IMG/VR virus record: IMGVR_UViG_3300022925_000006
Source: a virus
Reading direction: 5' to 3' (one strand)
DNA: 64,000 bases
In this document: positions 57,613 through 64,000 of the stretch, piece after piece
How the letters are laid out: every line of letters starts with the position of its first letter
Position numbering within the stretch: the first letter of the stretch is position 1
The notes under the pieces: model-generated
Seen by the model: only the letters and a program-made list of their open reading frames with translations
What the model was told of the DNA's origin: nothing
The model's database searches: none
Translations under genes and position numbers: made by a program

Positions 57613-58752
57613 TTATCTTATAATATCAATATCGTCTGCGTTTGTATTCCAAGTCTCTATAACAGAACGCAAACGTCCATCTGCTTTTAGAGTTTCGTAT
57701 CGATTGGTCGCCTTCTTACGCCACCAATCTGTCACACCCTCAAGACTGAACCTATCAAAGTTATCTGCTTTGACAATGGTATCCGACTCAAGGTTGAGAT
57801 ACTTCTTCACACTCTCACGGTCAAATCCCATGCAAGAGTAATATGAATTCTTTTGTTGTGTTAGTCCCTTCGCATCAATAAAGGTTTGACAGAACTTGTC
57901 GTATGCATTTACGTCATATTCCTTTAGAGAGTTTTTGATGATAGACACCATCTTCTGTTGTGTCTTCAACTTACGAGATGATGCATCCTTTGGTACAAGA
58001 GACTCACCGTTGTTACGTTTAATAAACCAGTCACTCAATGTACGATAGTTGTTGTCATTGATAAGTGGTGCAAAATTAGAGTCTGTCTGGCCATTACCAA
58101 TCAATAGTGGTTTCATACCAGAGTACATAGACACACCACCCTTGGCATTACCGTACAGGGACGTGGTCTCGAACATACAGATGTTTGAGTCATACTTCTT
58201 ATTGAGTGCGTCACGTACCGTATGAGAGGTACATATAGAGGCGAGTAACTTACCACCAAGGTAGTTGAACCCGAATGGTTGCACAGGTACGATATTGAAT
58301 CCCATGATACAGGACTCATTGAATCGTTTCATAACCTCTGCATTCATAGTATCAAGAGGTTTACCCAACCACTCATTACGTGGTCGGCTATTAATAGTGG
58401 GTGACCCGAATCGAATCATACCAATGACCATACCCGTGTTCTTCTCACGTACTACCCAGTTCATCATCTTGCCAGGAATTGACGCTTCTACAGGTGCGGA
58501 TGTGGTGATATCCATATAGGACATGAATTGGTCACGTTTCGCCTCTGCGATAGTGAACTCCATATCTTGGGGGTGCATATCGAAGTTGTTGAACAGGTCT
58601 TCCTCTGGGCCCATGCCAGGCAGAGTGAACGGCATAGAGTCCATCCGTTCCAATTTAATCTGTCGCATATAGTCATCGATACGGTCAAAGTTCGCAAAGA
58701 ACTCCGTAAAGACGTTTGCAGCATATTCTGCATCTGTTTTCGATAGAATCAT
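57613..58752 (-). CDS. DUF4338 / Druantia DruA-like protein
   Basis: SIPG.....VV.E..TG..IG.IR.GSP, VPVQPFGFNYLGGKLLA, FETTSLYG, S.Y motifs. Confidence 0.7.
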   Translation of the reverse strand: MILSKTDAEYAANVFTEFFANFDRIDDYMRQIKLERMDSMPFTLPGMGPEEDLFNNFDMHPQDMEFTIAEAKRDQFMSYMDITTSAPVEASIPGKMMNWVVREKNTGMVIGMIRFGSPTINSRPRNEWLGKPLDTMNAEVMKRFNESCIMGFNIVPVQPFGFNYLGGKLLASICTSHTVRDALNKKYDSNICMFETTSLYGNAKGGVSMYSGMKPLLIGNGQTDSNFAPLINDNNYRTLSDWFIKRNNGESLVPKDASSRKLKTQQKMVSIIKNSLKEYDVNAYDKFCQTFIDAKGLTQQKNSYYSCMGFDRESVKKYLNLESDTIVKADNFDRFSLEGVTDWWRKKATNRYETLKADGRLRSVIETWNTNADDIDIIR

Positions 58753-58776
58753 GTATATCTCTCAGTTATGTGTACC

Positions 58777-58805
58777 ACTATACAGTATATAGCAAATAAT
58801 GTCAA
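58777..58805 (-). promoter_or_regulatory. sigma70-type promoter for the DruA-like gene
   Basis: Minus strand TTGACA-17-TATAGT. Confidence 0.7.
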
Positions 58806-58830
58806 GGGTTAATTTAATTAAAAAAAAGTG

Positions 58831-58859
58831 TTGCCAAAGGTTGCTGTTGTTGTTATAAT
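58831..58859 (+). promoter_or_regulatory. early promoter
   Basis: TTGCCA-17-TATAAT with extended TG and an A-rich UP element. Confidence 0.75.
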
Positions 58860-58889
58860 AAGTACATAAACTAAAGAAAGGAAAGAAAT

Positions 58890-59180
58890 ATGACACCATT
58901 TACTAAAGAAGACTTCACTTGGGACGGTATGTATCTCATGTATAGGGGTAAACATACTAAGAGTGTGAACATGGAGGTCGCAAGACCAAACTGTCATCCA
59001 TCTTGGGTTGGTCTACCAAAACCAGAGTTCATCGCAAGGTTCAAGTATGGTTACAAACCTTGGAAGGCATGGGTTAACTTCCTTGTGAAGAATGTTACTG
59101 TTGAACAGTACCTTGCATTGTCTGAAGAGATTCATCCCGCTCCTGCAATGAAAGCCCTTGGTTATAGAGGTAAGTGTTAA
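58890..59180 (+). CDS. hypothetical protein
   Basis: ORF with AAGGA SD; FTWDGMYLMY.G and FIARFKY motifs. Confidence 0.75.
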   Translation: MTPFTKEDFTWDGMYLMYRGKHTKSVNMEVARPNCHPSWVGLPKPEFIARFKYGYKPWKAWVNFLVKNVTVEQYLALSEEIHPAPAMKALGYRGKC

Positions 59181-59374
59181 TGGAATATTTACAAGAGATT
59201 ACTGATTGGGGAGAACACAATGTCCCCAATCACACATACATTGTGAACCAAGCGGGACAACTTGCTGGTTATATTAAGGTAGGCACTACTGAAGAAATCA
59301 TGTTTAAGAAGCCCATGAAACAGTGGTCAAAGGCACGAAGAAAGTTTAAAAAACTTGTTGCCAAAACTAGTTAA
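59180..59374 (+). CDS. hypothetical protein
   Basis: LQEITDW...PNHTY motif; TAATG coupling. Confidence 0.75.
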   Translation: MEYLQEITDWGEHNVPNHTYIVNQAGQLAGYIKVGTTEEIMFKKPMKQWSKARRKFKKLVAKTS

Positions 59375-59386
59375 ATATAGTATAAT
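59358..59386 (+). promoter_or_regulatory. early promoter
   Basis: TTGCCA-17-TATAAT, same -35 variant as 58831. Confidence 0.7.
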
Positions 59387-59419
59387 ACTTGTATTGATAA
59401 TGAGAAAAGGAAATAAATT

Positions 59420-59938
59420 ATGAAGATTGTAATCCAAACCCAAATCCTTGAAAACTATGCCGCTCATGATGAGAACTATTCTCATGGGGTTGATGAGGCA
59501 TACTGGAAGGCCAAAGGTGGTAACACCTACGTGGTCGAGGGTGTATCTATTGAGGACGCACAGTCCGAAGGTTACTACGATACAATCTTCGATTTAATCA
59601 CGGAGAACAACCCGTCATTCCAAGAGTACATCTTGGGTTCCGACCTGATTGATGATGCAGACTTTGTTGAGTCTGACCACAAACAACCGTGGGAATCAAT
59701 CACCTATATCACCCAAGAGGGTGAACAGTTCCGTGCAACCAAGGCCTTGGAGAACGGTGAGTATGGTTACATGAGAAAGGAAATCGCAAAGACCGTTGAG
59801 ACCTATATAATGAAAGATAGGGACTTTGATGGTGCGAATTCGTTCTTCGAGAACGGAACATTCCGTAAACAGTTTCATCTTGTTGATGGTACTGTTTGTC
59901 AAAACCAAAGTGAATTTTTAAATGTGATAGGAGCATAA
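59420..59938 (+). CDS. hypothetical protein
   Basis: MKIVI.TQ..ENYAAH...YWK.KGG.TY motif; SD present. Confidence 0.75.
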   Translation: MKIVIQTQILENYAAHDENYSHGVDEAYWKAKGGNTYVVEGVSIEDAQSEGYYDTIFDLITENNPSFQEYILGSDLIDDADFVESDHKQPWESITYITQEGEQFRATKALENGEYGYMRKEIAKTVETYIMKDRDFDGANSFFENGTFRKQFHLVDGTVCQNQSEFLNVIGA

Positions 59939-59939
59939 T

Positions 59940-60140
59940 ATGAAAAAGGTATATGAAGTACGATTGGCCAATCAAGGTCGTGAGTGTTTGAAGTGGTATT
60001 CTTTTGATACCGCAAAAGAGGCAGTGAAGTTTGTTTTGAAACAACTGCACGAAGTTGGGTTTACTGTTGATGGTAAAACCTATGAAGAGAAGTTCGAGGA
60101 AATCGAATGGGTAGGAAAGGGGAGAATCGTCAATGTATGA
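59940..60140 (+). CDS. hypothetical protein
   Basis: ORF with AGGAG SD. Confidence 0.65.
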   Translation: MKKVYEVRLANQGRECLKWYSFDTAKEAVKFVLKQLHEVGFTVDGKTYEEKFEEIEWVGKGRIVNV

Positions 60141-60270
60141 TTATCATCGATTAATCGCAGCTGCCATGGTTGCACAACAACGTGGCACATCCGATTGGTG
60201 TAAAAAGTACTGGGGTGGTGTTATTGACCAACTCGTAAAAAATATGCATGAATCAGAAACCGTTCATTAA
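60133..60270 (+). CDS. small hypothetical protein (45 aa, not in the ORF track)
   Basis: GGAG SD; MYDYHRLIAAAMVAQQRGTSDWCKKYWGGVIDQLVKNMHESETVH*. Confidence 0.6.
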   Translation: MYDYHRLIAAAMVAQQRGTSDWCKKYWGGVIDQLVKNMHESETVH

Positions 60271-60275
60271 ACTCT

Positions 60276-60283
60276 TATAAATA
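60276..60283 (+). promoter_or_regulatory. late promoter
   Basis: TATAAATA upstream of gp3. Confidence 0.8.
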
Positions 60284-60309
60284 GTAGTATAGACTATTAA
60301 GAGGACATT

Positions 60310-60837
60310 ATGGCAGTTAATTCAAAAGTTCAGATTCTAGATGAAGAACTGACAACCAATTTAAACTATCTCCAACCTACGGGGTTTCGTGTTGTTATTG
60401 ACAGAACGAGATACCCGAACTTGGAATATTTTTGTCAATCGGTGTCACATCCTGGCGCACAGTTAACTCCACTAGAATTACCTGTACGTAGGATTACTTC
60501 CGTACCTTTGGCTGGTGATAAGATGACATTCTCGGAAGTGTCGTTTTCTATCATCCTTGATGAGAACATGACCTCCTATCGTGAGATGTATGACTGGATG
60601 GTTCGTATTACTAATGACGGTCAAGTGTCTGCATCTGAGAGAGATACCAAAGTCCCTACATATGCTGACGTTACATTACATGTGTTGTCTAGTCACAATA
60701 ACACAACACAGAAGATTAAGTATTTTGATTGTGTGCCTACTGGAGTTGGTTCTATTGAATTCAATTCAACGCAAGGTGATACAACCTACGTTACCTTTGA
60801 CGCAACATTTAGGTTCTCACAATTTACAATAGTTTGA
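60310..60837 (+). CDS. gp3: tail completion / tube terminator protein
   Basis: NYLQPTGF...I...PNLEYFCQSV..PG, GDK..F......LDE.M..Y.E...W; synteny gp3-uvsY-uvsW. Confidence 0.85.
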   Translation: MAVNSKVQILDEELTTNLNYLQPTGFRVVIDRTRYPNLEYFCQSVSHPGAQLTPLELPVRRITSVPLAGDKMTFSEVSFSIILDENMTSYREMYDWMVRITNDGQVSASERDTKVPTYADVTLHVLSSHNNTTQKIKYFDCVPTGVGSIEFNSTQGDTTYVTFDATFRFSQFTIV

Positions 60838-60863
60838 CATTAACCCTTTAGTTATGGTATAAT
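60834..60863 (+). promoter_or_regulatory. sigma70-type promoter for uvsY/uvsW
   Basis: TTGACA-18-TATAAT with extended TG. Confidence 0.7.
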
Positions 60864-60868
60864 ACATT

Positions 60869-61318
60869 ATGATTGACTTAGAAAGCATCCTTGCGGAGTG
60901 GAAAGAAGACTCCCAAATATCACCACATCAACTTGATGAAACCTCACGTGTGACGCCTGCGTTACACTCAAAGTATCTTGAGTATCTGTCACTGACTAAA
61001 CTTCGTCTGAAGAAGTCGGAGTTTAAACAGAAGGAACTACTCAAGGACAAGTATCTTTACTACGAAGGAAAGATGTCTAGAGAGGAAATTGAATCTCGTG
61101 GTTGGGCATATGACCCGTATGATGGCCTCAATGCAACAACCAAAAACTTTAAGGAGTACTACTACGACTCCGATAAAGAGATTCAGGATTCTGAGATGAG
61201 AATCCAATACCTCAAAACAACTGTTGAAACTCTCACTGAAATTGTATCTAATCTTAACTGGAGACACCAGACGATTGGTAACATGATTCGATGGAGAAGT
61301 TTCGAAGCAGGTATGTAA
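60869..61318 (+). CDS. uvsY: recombination mediator UvsY
   Basis: W..DS.I....LD..S...P.LHSKYL, YY.GK, R...I.N.I.WR.F.AG. Confidence 0.9.
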   Translation: MIDLESILAEWKEDSQISPHQLDETSRVTPALHSKYLEYLSLTKLRLKKSEFKQKELLKDKYLYYEGKMSREEIESRGWAYDPYDGLNATTKNFKEYYYDSDKEIQDSEMRIQYLKTTVETLTEIVSNLNWRHQTIGNMIRWRSFEAGM

Positions 61319-61333
61319 GGCATATATAGATGC

Positions 61334-62815
61334 ATGACACTACCTAATACTATTACCGTTGGTTTAAGAGACCACTCGATGATGTTGGTTGATTGTAACC
61401 AACACCAACTCCAAGAACTGAGAGACTACTTCTCATTTTATGTCCCAGGCCATAAGTTCATGCCGGCTTTCAAATCAAGAAAGTGGGACGGTAAAATCAA
61501 ACTCTTCAATCAGATTACCCGTGAATTAAATACGGGTCTCTACGAACATCTGAAGAAATTCTGTTCTGACCGCATGTATCCTCTCCAACTACAGGAGACT
61601 GCATATGGTCATCCCGCACAATTCAATCATGTGCAACACCAGAATCTAGTTAAGTTCCAAAGCGAACTCAACCTACCGTTCGAACTACGTGACTATCAAT
61701 ATGATGCGGTAACCCACGGTATTGAAAAGAAACGTGCAATTCTTCTATCACCTACGGGTAGTGGTAAGTCGTTTATCATCTATAATCTACTACGATGGTA
61801 TCTTGATAACTTTGATAAACAGGTTCTTATCGTTGTTCCGACAACAAGTCTGGTAGAACAGATGTACAAGGATTTTGAAGACTATGGGTATGATGTCACA
61901 GACAATGTGCATCGCATCTATAGTGGTAAGGATAAGACCACCGATAAACCCATCATCATTTCTACGTGGCAGTCAATCTATAAGTTCCCGAAGGAATGGT
62001 TCGAGACTATGGGGTGCGTGTTTGGTGACGAGGTACACCTGTTCAAAGCAAAGTCTCTGTCAGGTATCATGAACAAGTGTGTCAATGCGGAGTATCGTTT
62101 CGGTACTACAGGTACACTAGATGGTACAGAGACGAACAAACTCGTATTAGAAGGACTCTTTGGCCCGACTAAACGAGTGACCGCAACCAAGGACTTGCAA
62201 GAGAAGGGTACACTGGCAAAATTAGATATATCTGTCCTATTACTGCGTTACCATAATGATGTGTGCCACATGATGAAGGACAAGACCTATCAAGAAGAGA
62301 TGGATTATATTGTCACCAATGAGAGTCGTAATAGACTTATAAGTAATCTTGCATTAGACCAAAAAGGTAATACTCTGGTCATGTTTCAGTTCGTAGAGAA
62401 ACATGGTAAACCTTTATTTGATATGATTAAGGATAAAGCGGGTGACCGACCAGTGTATTATGTGAGTGGTGAAGTCGAGACAAAAGACCGTGAACAGATA
62501 CGTGGTATCGTAGAAGGACAAAAGAATGCAATTATTGTTGCTAGTTTGGGCACTTTCAGTACTGGTATTAATATTAGGAATTTGCATAATATAGTATTTG
62601 CATCCCCTAGTAAGAGTCAAGTTAAGGTGTTACAATCGATAGGGCGTGGTCTGAGGAAGTCTGACGATGGCTCTGTGACCAAGTTATATGATATTGCGGA
62701 TGATATGCACATCAAGTCTCATAAGAACTTTACACTGCGACACAGCGCAGAAAGAATTAAGATATATACTAAGGAACAGTTCCCCTACAACATATATAAA
62801 TTGGATTTAAAATGA
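61334..62815 (+). CDS. uvsW: DNA helicase UvsW
   Basis: LRDYQ, SPTGSGKS, VPTTSLV.QM, GDEVH, TFSTGINI, LQSIGRGLR. Confidence 0.96.
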   Translation: MTLPNTITVGLRDHSMMLVDCNQHQLQELRDYFSFYVPGHKFMPAFKSRKWDGKIKLFNQITRELNTGLYEHLKKFCSDRMYPLQLQETAYGHPAQFNHVQHQNLVKFQSELNLPFELRDYQYDAVTHGIEKKRAILLSPTGSGKSFIIYNLLRWYLDNFDKQVLIVVPTTSLVEQMYKDFEDYGYDVTDNVHRIYSGKDKTTDKPIIISTWQSIYKFPKEWFETMGCVFGDEVHLFKAKSLSGIMNKCVNAEYRFGTTGTLDGTETNKLVLEGLFGPTKRVTATKDLQEKGTLAKLDISVLLLRYHNDVCHMMKDKTYQEEMDYIVTNESRNRLISNLALDQKGNTLVMFQFVEKHGKPLFDMIKDKAGDRPVYYVSGEVETKDREQIRGIVEGQKNAIIVASLGTFSTGINIRNLHNIVFASPSKSQVKVLQSIGRGLRKSDDGSVTKLYDIADDMHIKSHKNFTLRHSAERIKIYTKEQFPYNIYKLDLK

Positions 62816-63267
62816 AAGAAGTTGATACAGAATTAAGACAGTTTAAGTTATCTTCGGGTGAAGAAATTGTATGTGAAATCATGCACTGGAATGACGAAGA
62901 AAACCTTGAAATCGTAGTCAGAAAAGCGATGCGATTGGTCATGCAACAAGGTGACGATGGGACAAAGTACTACTCATTCCGACCATGGATGATATATCAA
63001 GAAAGTTCTGAAGATATTCTTGTTCTCAACACAAACACTGTTGTTGGTATCGCATGGCCACCTGAAACTCTAATTGTACAATATGATGAAGCTGTCAAGG
63101 ACATGAATCAATTAAATGAAGTTAGAGAACGGGAACATGCCGAAAAGTTTAAAACTAAACCTTTACCCAAAGGGAAGGTTGGTATGCAAGAGTTTATGAG
63201 GGGTGTTGATAGTGGAAGTAATGTTATTAATCTGTTTGCTAATATAGACCCGACCAAAATACACTAA
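62812..63267 (+). CDS. hypothetical Sm-like protein
   Basis: FKLSSGEEIVC...PWM motif, typical position downstream of uvsW. Confidence 0.7.
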   Translation: MKEVDTELRQFKLSSGEEIVCEIMHWNDEENLEIVVRKAMRLVMQQGDDGTKYYSFRPWMIYQESSEDILVLNTNTVVGIAWPPETLIVQYDEAVKDMNQLNEVREREHAEKFKTKPLPKGKVGMQEFMRGVDSGSNVINLFANIDPTKIH

Positions 63268-63845
63268 TGATTAAACTTCGTAATGAACATGATGATTATA
63301 TTTGTATCAAGATGATTGATGATGAAGATATGAATATGAGGATAGTTAACCGCATTGATACTATTGGCGACCAAACTAATCATACAACTAATGTGAAAGC
63401 GGATTGTACTCTAAGTCTTTTAAAGTATCCTGAGTTTCAAAGATTACAAACAATCGTAGAAGACTTTTGTAAAGAATCTTCTGAAGAGATACAGTTAGAG
63501 TGGTGGGGTCATCATTCACGAAATGAAAGACCAGTTTGGAATGAATCATATATACAATCACAGTACTGTAACGTTATGTGGGGAACACGGTCGGTTAGTG
63601 GAGAAATTACTACACCACATGACCATTGGCCAACTACATGGTCATTTTGTTATTACATAGACCCACCAGAGGGGTGTTCTAATTTATATTTTCCAACATT
63701 AGATTATGAACTAGAAATTGAACATGGGAAATTAGTTATCTTTAGAAGTCATTTGATACATGAAACAGTATCATTACCATTCAAAGGTCACCGATATTGT
63801 GTTGCAGGAACAGTAGTATCCAACCCTCCCCGAACGCTAAGCTAA
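63267..63845 (+). CDS. 2OG-Fe(II) oxygenase
   Basis: PHDH..TWSFCYY, G.LVIF.S.L.H.T, R.CVAG. Confidence 0.8.
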   Translation: MIKLRNEHDDYICIKMIDDEDMNMRIVNRIDTIGDQTNHTTNVKADCTLSLLKYPEFQRLQTIVEDFCKESSEEIQLEWWGHHSRNERPVWNESYIQSQYCNVMWGTRSVSGEITTPHDHWPTTWSFCYYIDPPEGCSNLYFPTLDYELEIEHGKLVIFRSHLIHETVSLPFKGHRYCVAGTVVSNPPRTLS

Positions 63846-63873
63846 TTATATCATGGAAAACAAATTTTGTCAA
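63845..63873 (-). promoter_or_regulatory. perfect-consensus sigma70 promoter, antisense orientation
   Basis: Minus strand TTGACA-17-TATAAT with extended TG. Confidence 0.7.
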
Positions 63874-64000
63874 GCCCTAATTTAAAAAGAATCGGATTCA
63901 CCTGTAGTGCTTTTGACCTGTTTCATGCTGGTCATGTCGCTATGCTTAAAGAAGCACGGACTGTGTGTGACTATCTAATAGTCGGATTACAGACTGACCC
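63867..64000 (+). CDS. partial cytidylyltransferase (TagD/glycerol-3-phosphate CTase-like)
   Basis: TTG start; IGFTCSAFDLFHAGHVAMLKEARTVCDYLIVGLQTDP (HxGH motif); runs off the window. Confidence 0.85.
   Translation, partial: MSSPNLKRIGFTCSAFDLFHAGHVAMLKEARTVCDYLIVGLQTD

Noticed and set aside
47139-62815. Introns, inteins or homing endonucleases in gp17, gp20, gp23 or uvsW
   Set aside because: All are uninterrupted and of ordinary length, and I saw no HNH, GIY-YIG or LAGLIDADG motifs.
63843-63869. Stop read-through fusing the 2OG oxygenase to the in-frame cytidylyltransferase
   Set aside because: The stop is TAA, and a TTG start with an upstream GGA is available at 63867. The shared frame is probably coincidence.
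1-64000. Alternative genetic code (stop reassignment)
   Set aside because: Core genes are full length under the standard code, and TAA, TAG and TGA are all used as real stops.

Overview
64 kb of a T4-like (Tevenvirinae/Kyanoviridae-type architecture) myophage genome, probably aquatic. Gene order: accessory genes, gp33, gp32; a leftward baseplate/tail block (gp4, a B12-type radical SAM enzyme, gp2, gp54, gp26, gp51-like, tape measure); the rightward structural block (gp48, gp53, hub, gp5 split over three ORFs, gp25, gp6, gp7, gp9/10-like, gp8, DUF4815-type protein, fibre/repeat proteins with two modifying enzymes, 2147-aa tail fibre, gp13-gp23); a leftward early island (DruA-like, ParB-like, tRNA-Gly); then gp3, uvsY, uvsW, a 2OG-Fe(II) oxygenase and a partial cytidylyltransferase. 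Late promoters are TATAAATA and early promoters are sigma70-type. Main observations: (1) two paralogous virion proteins (30412-35566) are built of tetrapeptide units that are mirror-complementary, like an RNA stem written in amino acids. One is a 68-unit hairpin and the other is branched. (2) Asp-Ser-[ADGS] motifs are enriched in exposed virion proteins, next to a glycosyltransferase and an oxygenase. (3) A likely programmed -1 frameshift joins gp26 to gp51 just upstream of the tape measure gene. (4) The tRNA-Gly is non-canonical. All product calls come from motif recognition and synteny, not from database searches; all counts are by hand.
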